DNA of 64,000 nt, taken from the IMG/VR virus record IMGVR_UViG_3300029953_000013; one strand, 5' to 3'. Positions 53,519-63,499 of this stretch are shown here, one piece after another (positions within the stretch are counted from its first letter, which is position 1; every line of letters starts with the position of its first letter). The notes below the pieces were generated by a model. It did not search any database and was not told where the DNA came from. It was given only the letters and a program-made list of their open reading frames with translations. Position numbers and translations under genes: made by a program. This DNA comes from a virus. Lineage: Duplodnaviria; Heunggongvirae; Uroviricota; Caudoviricetes.

Positions 53519-53560
53519 AGTATTGCTCCTATAAAACGAAAAGGACGAGCGAGAGGGTGA

Positions 53561-53569
53561 ATTACCACC
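53561..53569 (-). promoter_or_regulatory. GGTGGTAAT promoter-like motif about 45 nt upstream of the RNR gene
   Basis: member of the conserved motif family. Confidence 0.35.
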
Positions 53570-53603
53570 GCTGCACGCCCGTCCTTGGAACCCATCCGCA
53601 GAC

Positions 53604-54326
53604 CTATTCCTTGCCCTTAGCCTTCAAGGGTTTGTTCAAAGCCTGAAGTTCAAAACCCTGAACCGGGTTCAAAGAGATGATGTCAACATGGTCTACAAGC
53701 TTCAGCTTCAGGGCATCTTCCGGCATCAGCCAGAGATCCCGCGCCCCGGAGTCCTTGATAAGCTTCTTCAGCTTGGCGGTAGTGGTCTTGCAGTTCTTGG
53801 CGATCTCATCCAGCAGCATTTCATTGAGCTTCACATCATGCTCAACCTGCGCGGCGATCTCATCAATCCCACTGTAGCCGATACCACCGGACAAGCCGTG
53901 GATCATCGCCGTGGACTTGGGAGACATGAAGCGTGCCTGAGAAGTACCGGCAGACAGCAACAGCGCACCAGCAGAGAATGCATGAGAAGCGTTGTACGTA
54001 ATCCAGTCCATTCCACTTGACCGGATCGTATTCAGCATCTCGAACGCTGCGTAAACTTCCCCGCCAACCGAATTGATTTCCAGCAGAGCCACTTCTGACT
54101 GCCGCTGGTACTTCAACTTGTCAACAGCAGCACGAAAGTTCTGTGCAGTGCGTTCGGTGATCTCGCCACGAATGGTAATGACGGGAGCGTAGTTACTAAG
54201 CATGGATGGACCCTGACCGAGCGCTTCCATCAACTCAAATTCTTCTTCACCAGCGGTGGATGGAATTGTCTTCTTTGAAAGTTTACCGAGGACGTTATTC
54301 AGCACCCGATACTGATTGCCATTCAT
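53604..54326 (-). CDS. clpP: ClpP-family serine protease
   Basis: SHAFSAGALLLSAG (catalytic Ser context) and MIHGLSGG (His); RBS CAAAGGAGTATTAATG. Confidence 0.65.
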   Translation of the reverse strand: MNGNQYRVLNNVLGKLSKKTIPSTAGEEEFELMEALGQGPSMLSNYAPVITIRGEITERTAQNFRAAVDKLKYQRQSEVALLEINSVGGEVYAAFEMLNTIRSSGMDWITYNASHAFSAGALLLSAGTSQARFMSPKSTAMIHGLSGGIGYSGIDEIAAQVEHDVKLNEMLLDEIAKNCKTTTAKLKKLIKDSGARDLWLMPEDALKLKLVDHVDIISLNPVQGFELQALNKPLKAKGKE

Positions 54327-54592
54327 TAATACTCCTTTGGAGACTCAATACCACCATCAAGAATGGTTTGAGTGTCGTTGAATTGCTCGATGACCCTTCG
54401 TGAGTCCTTTACTCCGTTTACTACCAACTCACCCATCACCCGAAGATTCTCCATTTTCTTGATGGTGAGGGTCGCGTACTCGTGATCGTACTTGAAGCCC
54501 AGCACCCTAGATGAATTCGAGGAACCATCAAGCATCCACATCAAAGCCTGGGTGATCGGATTGTATTCGGGTTTTCCTACGGTTTTCGCCAT
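54326..54592 (-). CDS. hypothetical protein
   Basis: 88 aa. Confidence 0.45.
   Translation of the reverse strand: MAKTVGKPEYNPITQALMWMLDGSSNSSRVLGFKYDHEYATLTIKKMENLRVMGELVVNGVKDSRRVIEQFNDTQTILDGGIESPKEY
54347..54358 (-). promoter_or_regulatory. GATGGTGGTATT promoter-like motif
   Basis: about 25 nt upstream of the clpP ATG. Confidence 0.4.
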
Positions 54593-54820
54593 TTCGGCTC
54601 CTGTCGCGTTAATGTACTTAAATTCTTATTGCAGTTATTTAAGTACTTAATTAAGAATTATAATCTATGTACTGTTGTTGTTATAAATATATTGTACTTG
54701 AAAGGTAGGTGTACATGTACTAGCCAAACCCCCTCTTCCCCCTATACCACCACTCCGCACAACACCCATTTTGTGAAAAAGTTTCGATTGGTGGTATTGA
54801 CAAGTGAAAGGCATTAATGT
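54593..54820. promoter_or_regulatory. divergent AT-rich control region between the minus-strand arm and the plus-strand head module
   Basis: palindromes AATTCTTA...TAAGAATT and GTACATGTAC; one GGTGGTATTGACA motif on the plus strand at 54789-54800. Confidence 0.45.
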
Positions 54821-55102
54821 ATGGCACTTAACAGCGGCAGCACACGTAACAAACTCCATGTTTCAGCTTCGATGCGGGGTACTCAGAACCGTGTCAACTC
54901 AAGTTTCGCTGAAGACCTTGCCAAAGATTTCCCGGATGATCCCGAAATGCAAGCCTGGATTGAAGCGAACAAAAAGGGCTTGAACAGCCCTAATGCGGAT
55001 GGCTCCATTCCGTTTGGAGCAGACCGGCTGGATGACTATGAGCGAAACAAAGCCCGTGCAGCAGAACCTACCACCGATCACTGTAGGGACCGCAAGGGAT
55101 GA
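54821..55102 (+). CDS. hypothetical protein (possibly the N-terminal part of the small terminase)
   Basis: 93 aa; preceded by the plus-strand GGTGGTATTGACA motif. Confidence 0.4.
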   Translation: MALNSGSTRNKLHVSASMRGTQNRVNSSFAEDLAKDFPDDPEMQAWIEANKKGLNSPNADGSIPFGADRLDDYERNKARAAEPTTDHCRDRKG

Positions 55103-55628
55103 ACTGAAGACGCTTGGCGAAGCGTATGGGTCCAAGGACATAAAGTTCGATGACCCGAAAGCTGCAAAGCGGCAACGCATGTCAAAAGCCTTCCTTGATG
55201 GCAGAGCCAAGCAGCACGAGGAAAAGCGAATGACGCGCAACCCACCAAAGACAGCCAAAGAGCGCACGCAGGTTGATCGTGCGGATATTTTCATGGAAGC
55301 AGAAGTCAATGCCGATCCCGTACAGACAGTGCGTGCGCGGTTGACAAAGATGTGGATCATGGAATGCAAGGTGAATGACGATCTGTATTTGGCAGAGGTT
55401 ATTGACAACTCTGCTCTATCAGCGTCCAACAAGCGCCTCTTGGAGCTTTCCCAGGGGTTGAAGGCTCTCCCGAGCCAGACAACCGGCGAGAACAAGGGCA
55501 CCCAGCGGAGCACCGCAGAACTCATTGAGGATGCTATTAAGGTCGAGCGGAAAGAATCCGTTGAAGCTCTTGAGCTTGGTAAGAGCATGATTGACAAGGC
55601 TGATACTGCTTTCGGTGAAGGTTCTTGA
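55038..55628 (+). CDS. putative terminase small subunit (Lys/Arg-rich)
   Basis: sits immediately upstream of the large terminase; overlaps the previous ORF in another frame. Confidence 0.35.
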   Translation: MSETKPVQQNLPPITVGTARDELKTLGEAYGSKDIKFDDPKAAKRQRMSKAFLDGRAKQHEEKRMTRNPPKTAKERTQVDRADIFMEAEVNADPVQTVRARLTKMWIMECKVNDDLYLAEVIDNSALSASNKRLLELSQGLKALPSQTTGENKGTQRSTAELIEDAIKVERKESVEALELGKSMIDKADTAFGEGS

Positions 55629-57193
55629 TGGCTGCCCTTCCCGCTAACAGTGCGCTTAGACTAAAGGAAGACCCTTTTCTAGCGCTTGATGTTCTGATGC
55701 AGGGAATCAGTCTTCCTCCGCATCAGCAATACCAGTTGCGCGAAATGTGGCGTGCAACATATATCTATAGCTCTTCGGGACGTTCTACTGGCAAAACAGT
55801 ATTTACAGCCATCTTTCTTCTTCTGTGGTGTGCTACTCATCCAGGGACCAAGGCTCTTTGCTTGGGGTTGAAGTTCACTACACCCAAACTCCTATTAGAA
55901 GCAGCAGAAGGCTTCCTGAAGAAATTTCCAGAAATCGCCAAATGCATCCAACTAACCGCATCAAATGACTTCATCCTCCATGGTTCCGACCGCTGGACCA
56001 TGAAGTTCAAAAATGGATCGGTTATCACAGCCCTGCCCTCTGACATCAACAAAAAGGGTGCGCGTGTTCGTGGTTTCCGTTGCTCAATTCTTGTCATTGA
56101 CGAAATTGCCGCTATTCCAAGCGAGATTGTGCGGCAGGTATTCATGCCCTGTTGTTCAATCACCGATGATGAGGGATACCGGAAGGTAATCAAGCTCACT
56201 ACCGGTGGCTTCCGTCCGTCCGCTGCTTGGGATGATTGCCGTGAACATTACCGGCAAGTTAGGGCTGGCAATACTGATTACGCCTTCTTCAACTTCACCT
56301 ATCTCGATGTTCCGCCCGAATTCAATTTCATTATTGATAGGGAAGCCATCGAAAATATGATTGCCAATTCTTCCCCGGATGAAGTAGCGCGGGAAGTAAA
56401 CGGAGCGTGGAGCGAGGCGGGTGGTAATTATTACTCAGGCGGGATGCTTGAGCGTAATCGGCTTGCCGCCATCAACAACGAAATCTATCCCGAGACTACC
56501 GGCGAACGTGGCGCGGTTTACGTCATTGGGATTGACCCTGCTGCGCGGGGAACCGATCATACCGCAATGGCAGTCCTCAAGCGACTGGCACCCCGTAGAT
56601 GGGCTGTAGTTGAGAGCGTTTCTCTCAATTTCAGAAAAGCCTCCATGGAAGAGAACGCCAAACTCTTGATGGAATACATTGAGCGTTACGACCCTGAATA
56701 CATTGGGCTTGACCGCAATGGTGGTGAGCAGCTTATTCAGGAAATGAAGATTTACTTTAAAGACCGTCCTGATAACTGCCCAATCAACATGGATGCAGAA
56801 TCATGGGAAAGAGGGCGCAGAATTTGTCGCCAGTTCGTCCCAACGGGCACCGGCAAGGATAACAACACCAGACTCAATGCGCGGCTCCTGAGGGCACTGG
56901 ACGGCAACGGCACACCTGAATTGCTGCTCCCTGGAAGCACTCCTGAGGATTCCGATTTCGAGCGGTTGGACTCCATCGACAAATTGCAAGTCCAGCTTTT
57001 GAGCATCCAAGCAACACCAATGGAAGCCCAAGCTGGTTTGTTCAAATTCTCTAGCACTATCAAAAAGGACCGATATTCGGCACTCCTGTACGCCTTTAAC
57101 GCCGCTGAAGAGCTTGTGGAAGGTGAAGAGGACTTTTACGGCAATGCCAACGGGGCAGAGGAAGAACAATCCTGGGTAGCCGGAAGGTTGTAA
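55625..57193 (+). CDS. terL: terminase large subunit
   Basis: Walker A SSGRSTGKT, Walker B ILVIDEIAAIP; 522 aa. Confidence 0.8.
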   Translation: MMAALPANSALRLKEDPFLALDVLMQGISLPPHQQYQLREMWRATYIYSSSGRSTGKTVFTAIFLLLWCATHPGTKALCLGLKFTTPKLLLEAAEGFLKKFPEIAKCIQLTASNDFILHGSDRWTMKFKNGSVITALPSDINKKGARVRGFRCSILVIDEIAAIPSEIVRQVFMPCCSITDDEGYRKVIKLTTGGFRPSAAWDDCREHYRQVRAGNTDYAFFNFTYLDVPPEFNFIIDREAIENMIANSSPDEVAREVNGAWSEAGGNYYSGGMLERNRLAAINNEIYPETTGERGAVYVIGIDPAARGTDHTAMAVLKRLAPRRWAVVESVSLNFRKASMEENAKLLMEYIERYDPEYIGLDRNGGEQLIQEMKIYFKDRPDNCPINMDAESWERGRRICRQFVPTGTGKDNNTRLNARLLRALDGNGTPELLLPGSTPEDSDFERLDSIDKLQVQLLSIQATPMEAQAGLFKFSSTIKKDRYSALLYAFNAAEELVEGEEDFYGNANGAEEEQSWVAGRL

Positions 57194-57227
57194 CTCTCAC
57201 TAAACACAGAATAGGTTAGGGGCATAC

Positions 57228-58904
57228 ATGGGCAATCGTCTACAAAATTGGATTATCGAAAAATTGGACTTGGTTAGCTTCCTCAAGGATGCTAACACGG
57301 CTCGTGAACAGGCAGACATTCCCGCCGTAGGCATACCCAACCAGACCCTCCCCGCGAACCAGGGCGACACAACCGTAGCTGGCGATCTCACTTCCAACGT
57401 TGGACCGGCAGCAAACAAGCTCACATTCGCCCGTAAGGAAATTCCGAAGCCTTCTGATACTGACAACCTCATCCAATACATTAAGCAGTGGCGTGCGCAG
57501 CTTCGCATTCGTCCGGTGCTTACAGAGCTTGGTGAGGCTATCTGTGATGGCTTCCGTCTTCGTGGTACACCTGAAGTAGAGCTTTGGGCGGCAAAGTCCC
57601 GTCTGACAGCCAAGCTTGTCCGTATCGTCCTGGAATTGGCTACGGTGGGCTGGTGTGTCGTGTACGTGAGCGAAGACCCCAAGATGCCCCCTACCCTCAC
57701 CGTTCTCAACAACGTGGGCGTGAAGCGGGATGTCTACGGCAACGAGATCATTTACCTTCAGCTTACCGATGACGTAAAGACCATCATCAAGGCAAACAGC
57801 ACCGCTTACCCTGCCTATTGGAGCCAGCAGCTTGACATGGCTGGTGGTGTGAATATCACACGTATCTATGGACAGCCCGGTCAAGCTCCCAAGCCCGGTG
57901 GCAAGCTTGTCCAGGGTGGAGCGTATTTCATTACCGTAGAAGGTGATGCGGAAGACACACTGCCCGTTCCTCCTTGCTATCCCTTCCTGGGTGAAGCATC
58001 TGATGCAGAGCGCATTTCGGATTCCATGGGTGGATTCGTGGATGCTGTGAAGTATTACATGATCCATGCGAAGGTTGGTAATAAAGAAGGAGCAGACAAA
58101 CGAGATGGGCGCGAGAAGCCACCTAGCAATGCACGCCTCAAGGATGTTTTCAATAGTTTGTCTGTGGGCTTTAGGGCTGGTGCCCTTGTCACACCAAGTG
58201 ACGTAGAAGTTGAATATAACGTCCTGAAGGATGATCCCTTCGCCATTGCGAAGAAGAACCAGAAGGAAACCGCGCAGAATCTTCGTAAAAATATCGGCGT
58301 GCCCGATTACGAAGGCGCAAATTCAGACGGTGCCGTTGCGTTCATGGCGCGGGGTTTCTTGCCCTCCATGCATTTCATTCGGCACGCTTGTCTTGTCGAT
58401 CAGTTCTTGAAGCAGTTGATTGCTGACCTTGCAGCAGCGAACCGGATTCCTGGAATTGGGGATGCGCGGATTCTCTGGTCTGAGGCGGCTGTCCAGGATA
58501 TGGGCACGCTCATCAATCTGGCGAAGCAGAAGCAGTCAACCGGTGCATACAGCCTACAGTCTCTTTGCGAATCGCTTGACCCGGATTTCGATCTTCAGCG
58601 TGAACTTACCCTGAAGAAAGTTGAACTGGAAAACATCGATCTCATCGGCAACATTTACGAGATGGCACAGGGCGTGTGTGACAAAGCGCTCGAAAATGCC
58701 GCTCAGAACCCGCCAACCGCACCAAAGGGGGGAAAGCCAGCAGGAGATGGAACGGGCGCTCCTGAAGCCACTGATACGCCAGCAAACGATGCTCCAGCGG
58801 CTTCCAAGACTCCAAAGAAGGGTGGACCGAAACAGCCGGTAACGCCAGATAACGTGCAACCAAGCAAACCAACTGGAAATACCGGCGGTAGACCATCAAA
58901 GTAA
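57228..58904 (+). CDS. putative portal protein
   Basis: 558 aa directly after terL; assignment by position and size only. Confidence 0.5.
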   Translation: MGNRLQNWIIEKLDLVSFLKDANTAREQADIPAVGIPNQTLPANQGDTTVAGDLTSNVGPAANKLTFARKEIPKPSDTDNLIQYIKQWRAQLRIRPVLTELGEAICDGFRLRGTPEVELWAAKSRLTAKLVRIVLELATVGWCVVYVSEDPKMPPTLTVLNNVGVKRDVYGNEIIYLQLTDDVKTIIKANSTAYPAYWSQQLDMAGGVNITRIYGQPGQAPKPGGKLVQGGAYFITVEGDAEDTLPVPPCYPFLGEASDAERISDSMGGFVDAVKYYMIHAKVGNKEGADKRDGREKPPSNARLKDVFNSLSVGFRAGALVTPSDVEVEYNVLKDDPFAIAKKNQKETAQNLRKNIGVPDYEGANSDGAVAFMARGFLPSMHFIRHACLVDQFLKQLIADLAAANRIPGIGDARILWSEAAVQDMGTLINLAKQKQSTGAYSLQSLCESLDPDFDLQRELTLKKVELENIDLIGNIYEMAQGVCDKALENAAQNPPTAPKGGKPAGDGTGAPEATDTPANDAPAASKTPKKGGPKQPVTPDNVQPSKPTGNTGGRPSK

Positions 58905-58915
58905 AGGAGTCAGAA

Positions 58916-60199
58916 ATGGACGAAGTTCTCCATGAAGTTTCTGAACTGGAAATTGCCGGTACTTACAATTCCAACGTGCTGCTGGATGATATCGTCCGCA
59001 TGAGCGTGAAGGCATTGGGGTTCGCCCCCAATCGCAACAACTTCATGTTCAAGCGCAAGCCGCTGGAAAAGTTGCATCAGACGAAGTTTGGCAAGGTGAT
59101 CCCTGCCTTCAAATCGTTTGAATCAAAGCAGGTAAACCGCAACCACAAGAGCGTTGATAACGGCGCTCGTTCCAATGAGCCTATCGGCTACGTTGAGAAT
59201 GCTTGGCTGCGTGAGGATGGAATTTATTTGGATTTGGTTTTGTGGAAGCGTGCGATCTCTGATAACGAGCTTGCGCAAATTCGGCTCGATCAGACTCACG
59301 TAAGCATGGAAGTCGAATACACGGAGCCGAAGAAGGAAAATGGCGTCCGCACGATGTCGGAAAATTCCACCATAAGCTTTGTGGGTATTGCCGTTCTCTT
59401 TGATGGCATTCAACCCGGCGACCAAAACTCAGGCATTATCAGCGTTGAGAATGCCCTTTATAGGGAGACTTCCGAAGAGCCAATTCTCACTAAACACAAT
59501 ATAGGTATAGAGGATGAAAGTTCCTCGACCTCAACTCCCCAAGGAGAACAAATGGAAAATCTTACACCCGAGCAGTTTGCGGAACTGACTGCGGAACTGG
59601 CAGCAGCCAAGGAGCAGAAGGCTCTTCTGGAAGCTGAGAAGGCTGATCTCCTGGCAAAGCAGGAATTGGCTGCGGTTTCCCAGGCTGATCTTGAAGGTAA
59701 GCTGGCGGAACGTGATGCCAAGCTTGATGAACTGCTTGCGAAGGAGAGCGAATACATCTCCCTCCAGACTCAGGTAGCGGCAATGCGTGACACTGCTTTC
59801 CAGGACAATCTTGGCAAGTGCTTCTCGATGGATACCCTGTCGGATGAGCAGAAGTGTTTCGTGCGTAGCCTCTTCTCTGACTGCTACGGTAACGCCGACA
59901 ACGCACCCTTCATGGCGAAGGCTGCAATGCTTGTCGGGATTTGCAATGCTGCATCTGATGACGTTGTGACAATCACAAAGTCCTCAGCATCAACCGAAGA
60001 CTCTACCGTTGCCGGTGGTGATCTTGGCACTGCTACCTCAAACGAGGCTGCTGTTGTCGCTGATGGCACCGTGGCGACTGTGGCTGAAACCGCAGTGGTC
60101 GAAAACGAGACAGTCACCGCGCCTATCGAGGCACCCTCCATCGCTGCAAGCCAGAGCAACGAAGCGGAGTTCAACTACCGGCACCTTCGTTCACGTTAA
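58916..60199 (+). CDS. putative prohead protease / scaffolding protein
   Basis: central coiled coil (LTAELAAAKEQKALLEAEKADLLAK...); position between portal and capsid genes; RBS AAGGAGTCAGAAATG. Confidence 0.45.
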   Translation: MDEVLHEVSELEIAGTYNSNVLLDDIVRMSVKALGFAPNRNNFMFKRKPLEKLHQTKFGKVIPAFKSFESKQVNRNHKSVDNGARSNEPIGYVENAWLREDGIYLDLVLWKRAISDNELAQIRLDQTHVSMEVEYTEPKKENGVRTMSENSTISFVGIAVLFDGIQPGDQNSGIISVENALYRETSEEPILTKHNIGIEDESSSTSTPQGEQMENLTPEQFAELTAELAAAKEQKALLEAEKADLLAKQELAAVSQADLEGKLAERDAKLDELLAKESEYISLQTQVAAMRDTAFQDNLGKCFSMDTLSDEQKCFVRSLFSDCYGNADNAPFMAKAAMLVGICNAASDDVVTITKSSASTEDSTVAGGDLGTATSNEAAVVADGTVATVAETAVVENETVTAPIEAPSIAASQSNEAEFNYRHLRSR

Positions 60200-60233
60200 C
60201 CCGTAACACCAACCTTCTCAAAGGAGAAAACAA

Positions 60234-60665
60234 ATGGCAGTCGTAATCAACGGCACCTACGCAACCGAAGTTCAGCCGACCACAATCGCCGCTGCACAGC
60301 TTCCCGGTCTGGTCCTTCAGTACAACGCCAGCGGTATTCTGGCACCCGCAACCACTCGCGTGGACGCGCTTCTGATGTCTGAGGTAGTATCTCAGGCTGA
60401 CTACATCAACAGGTACTTCATCTACCAGGATGTTGATTTCGGTCCCTACACTCAGATTGGCGAAGCAAGCACCGTCGCCAAGGGTTTCCGTGGGTACACC
60501 GCTATTGGCATTCTCGTGAACGCCCCTACCCTGATCGCTGCTGGCACGGAGCTTCAGCTTAACAGTGGCGTCCTGGGCGCTTACGTTGCTGGCACCAAGT
60601 TCGGCGCTGCGGTTGACGCAATCGCTGCTGGTTCACAGTACACCGGTCAGGTTCACATTTACTAA
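60234..60665 (+). CDS. putative head decoration / minor head protein
   Basis: 143 aa just before the major capsid gene; RBS AAAGGAGAAAACAAATG. Confidence 0.35.
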   Translation: MAVVINGTYATEVQPTTIAAAQLPGLVLQYNASGILAPATTRVDALLMSEVVSQADYINRYFIYQDVDFGPYTQIGEASTVAKGFRGYTAIGILVNAPTLIAAGTELQLNSGVLGAYVAGTKFGAAVDAIAAGSQYTGQVHIY

Positions 60666-60710
60666 TCCTGACTTAAACAAGTCACCTTCAATCAAACAAG
60701 GAGAACAAAG

Positions 60711-61823
60711 ATGGAAATTTCCCGCAACATCGACCTGACCGGCAAGAGTGCCAAGGATCAGGAAAAGCAGGAGATGTTCAAGAAGTGCATTGATCCTTCG
60801 GAGAATGCACGCCAGATTGCCTCAATTGGCAAGATGCTGGAAGAGGACATTTTCAACGCTTACGAGACTGCAAAGCTCGATAAGGGCGATGTCCTGAATA
60901 CCCCTGAGGGCAAGGAACTGGCGGCTGCTGTCGGTCCCACCGTCATGCTGACCCAGCGTGATACGTTCTTCGTTGAACAGCTTGCCGACCGGTATGCCTG
61001 TAACTTCGGTGAGCCGATCTACTTCCTGCGTAGCACTGACGTACCGATGGGCGTTGTGACAGCTTCCATGACCGATTCCGGTCCCATGTCTGTCAACATG
61101 CTCCAGACCATGAACGGCTACGACATTCCCGTTCCTGTCGCCGGTCAGCGTCTTGTCATGACTTTTGAATACGATGACCCACAGCTTGCAGAATCAATGT
61201 GGTCCTCGCGGTCAAAAGCCATCGATATGGCTAGGTATCGTATTCGGAAATCTCTTCAGGATATGGTTTTGGCTGCTTGGCAGGGCGCTTTCGTGGCTAC
61301 CTTCCCCGCTGGCGTGAACCACACTCTGGCTGGTGGCAACGTGCCCCCGACCGGCAACATCATCAGCAACAAGGTTTCCGATGGTTTCACCGGCAAGCTT
61401 GATATGGTGGCTGTGTCTGGTTTCGGCAACTACATTGACACCTACGGCTTCAGCGGACAGAAGATCATGTTCGTTTCACCCCGGCGCTTTAATGATGTGA
61501 AGACCTGGGTTTCAACCAGCACCATCACTGACGCTGGTATGATCTACGCGAAGCAGATTTTCGCTTCTGGCGCTTCCGTGGATAGCATCCCTCTTTACGA
61601 CACTCTGATCGTGAAGAAGAACGTTGTTCCTGACAACGTTGCATGGTGCCTGTGCGTGGATGACGGTGTTTCCAAGACCCTGGGCGTCTACCAGTGGGGC
61701 AAGATTCAGACCGTGCCCTCAATGGCTCACAAGCCCCTGCGTGCCGCCTTCGACGTATTCGTACCGGGTGTGGCTGGCGTCTGCCATGACATGGTTCGTG
61801 TTGCCGTGGTTCAGTTCTCATAA
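60711..61823 (+). CDS. putative major capsid protein
   Basis: 370 aa, strong RBS CAAGGAGAACAAAGATG, followed by a strong terminator; assigned by position. Confidence 0.55.
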   Translation: MEISRNIDLTGKSAKDQEKQEMFKKCIDPSENARQIASIGKMLEEDIFNAYETAKLDKGDVLNTPEGKELAAAVGPTVMLTQRDTFFVEQLADRYACNFGEPIYFLRSTDVPMGVVTASMTDSGPMSVNMLQTMNGYDIPVPVAGQRLVMTFEYDDPQLAESMWSSRSKAIDMARYRIRKSLQDMVLAAWQGAFVATFPAGVNHTLAGGNVPPTGNIISNKVSDGFTGKLDMVAVSGFGNYIDTYGFSGQKIMFVSPRRFNDVKTWVSTSTITDAGMIYAKQIFASGASVDSIPLYDTLIVKKNVVPDNVAWCLCVDDGVSKTLGVYQWGKIQTVPSMAHKPLRAAFDVFVPGVAGVCHDMVRVAVVQFS

Positions 61824-61833
61824 ACAAAGAGTT

Positions 61834-61859
61834 GGGGAAGGGAATAAACCCCCTTCCCC
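61834..61859 (+). terminator. rho-independent terminator after the capsid gene
   Basis: GGGGAAGGGaataaaCCCCCTTCCCC. Confidence 0.55.
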
Positions 61860-61877
61860 ACTTCTTCGGGAGCCATA

Positions 61878-62339
61878 ATGGCAGGAACACTCTTCTCAGA
61901 CCTCTATGATTTGGTGCGCGTTGCCACAGGTAACGATGATCCAACCATCGGTCCTGAGATTCTTCCTGACACGCGGATTGATGTTCTTCTCACGAGCGCT
62001 GCTCTTACCATCACATCTTACAGCCTCGACTTTCCGCCGCTGGCTGTAGACGTTACAACCGCATCACCAACGATTTTTGTCAGTGGCGATGCGACAGAAT
62101 CAGCGCTCGACCCGCACCTTGTTACCGCTCTGGCGCATATTGTAGCCCACAAGTATTTCGTGGGCATCAACAACCAAAGTGGCATCTCAGTGTCATCAGG
62201 AATCATCAATCTTGCTGCTGAAGGCTTTGTAGGTTCTGGTGCAACAACCATCCAGGCAAATGAAGGCGATCTTTCTTCCGCCATCATCTACATGACCCGT
62301 AAGCGCAACGAAGCTTTGGCGCAGAAGAACCTACGCTAA
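61878..62339 (+). CDS. hypothetical structural protein
   Basis: 153 aa. Confidence 0.45.
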   Translation: MAGTLFSDLYDLVRVATGNDDPTIGPEILPDTRIDVLLTSAALTITSYSLDFPPLAVDVTTASPTIFVSGDATESALDPHLVTALAHIVAHKYFVGINNQSGISVSSGIINLAAEGFVGSGATTIQANEGDLSSAIIYMTRKRNEALAQKNLR

Positions 62340-62369
62340 TCAATCAACCAATAGGAAAGGAACCCTCAA

Positions 62370-63419
62370 ATGGGAAAAATTCTTACCGCTATTACGGGGA
62401 TGCACGAGCATTACCTGACTGCGTGCTTTGCCAACATTCAGATGGCTTGCCTCGCACAGATGCTCGTAACGGCATCCGGCACTGTGACCGCCCAGTCGCT
62501 TTCCAACGTGGCGTCCAGCTTCCCCGTCTACAACGCCAACACTCAGATTTTCCTGTCTGTTGACGGTTTCAGCCACATCCTGGCTCCTGTGACCTTCACA
62601 CTGATGGCTCCACCCGTCACTGCGATTGCCAACGTGCCTGTGACTGCTGGCGGCACTGGCTACACTCAGGGCGCGGCTGTTACTGCCACTGCTGGCACCG
62701 GCTCTGGCTTCGCTGGCTTCGCCAACGTCTCCAACGGCGTCATCACTTCAGTGTCAATCACCAACCCCGGCTCCTACACCGTGGTTCCTACCGGCTTCAC
62801 TTGCGCTGGCGGCACTGGTGCGACCTTCGGCGCTGCTGTCCTGGGCACCGGGTTGTCACTTGGAACTGTCACGGTTCCCACTGGCGCACCAATGGATACA
62901 ATCATCCCATTCGCTCTGGCGGGTTCGATTGCGACTGCGGCTCCTTACGGCTTTACCGTGAACATCACTGGTGCGCAGTCAGGGACCAACTTCTCCATCT
63001 TCGCCCTCGATAATACCGCTTCTCTTTGGTATGATATGGGCATGAACTACGCAGAAGGCTTGGACTTCGCTGATGGTCCGATTGCCTCTCCTGTGGCTCG
63101 TGGCTGGTCAAACACTGACCACAGCAAGCGCATCCCCACAACCAATAACTGGCATGTAAACCAGCTTTATTGCAGCCAGTATGAAGGTATCGCTTCGCTT
63201 CGCGGAAAAACCTTCATGATTCAGGATCAGGTCCATACCGATGGTGGCGCGACCATCAAGGAAATCACCTACGTCCTGAAGGCTACTGTTGAGAATTCCT
63301 CACGGAATATCGGCGGCGGCGGCGGGAACCACAACGCAGACTCAGTGAACTGCACCGGCTACTACATGCGGAAGCTGGTCTATACGCTGGACGCGACTGC
63401 GATTACCGCGACCAACTAA
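62370..63419 (+). CDS. hypothetical structural protein (Gly/Thr-rich)
   Basis: 349 aa; RBS GGAAAGGAACCCTCAAATG. Confidence 0.45.
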   Translation: MGKILTAITGMHEHYLTACFANIQMACLAQMLVTASGTVTAQSLSNVASSFPVYNANTQIFLSVDGFSHILAPVTFTLMAPPVTAIANVPVTAGGTGYTQGAAVTATAGTGSGFAGFANVSNGVITSVSITNPGSYTVVPTGFTCAGGTGATFGAAVLGTGLSLGTVTVPTGAPMDTIIPFALAGSIATAAPYGFTVNITGAQSGTNFSIFALDNTASLWYDMGMNYAEGLDFADGPIASPVARGWSNTDHSKRIPTTNNWHVNQLYCSQYEGIASLRGKTFMIQDQVHTDGGATIKEITYVLKATVENSSRNIGGGGGNHNADSVNCTGYYMRKLVYTLDATAITATN

Positions 63420-63499
63420 AGCGGAATGGCACGACAGAATTAGGGGGAGGCTTCGGTCTTCCCCTTTTTCATTGGTGGTAGTGAATAGTAGGAGATTCT

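Noticed and set aside
57240-58067. 275-aa minus-strand ORF
   Set aside because: Antisense to the portal gene within a uniformly plus-strand late operon.
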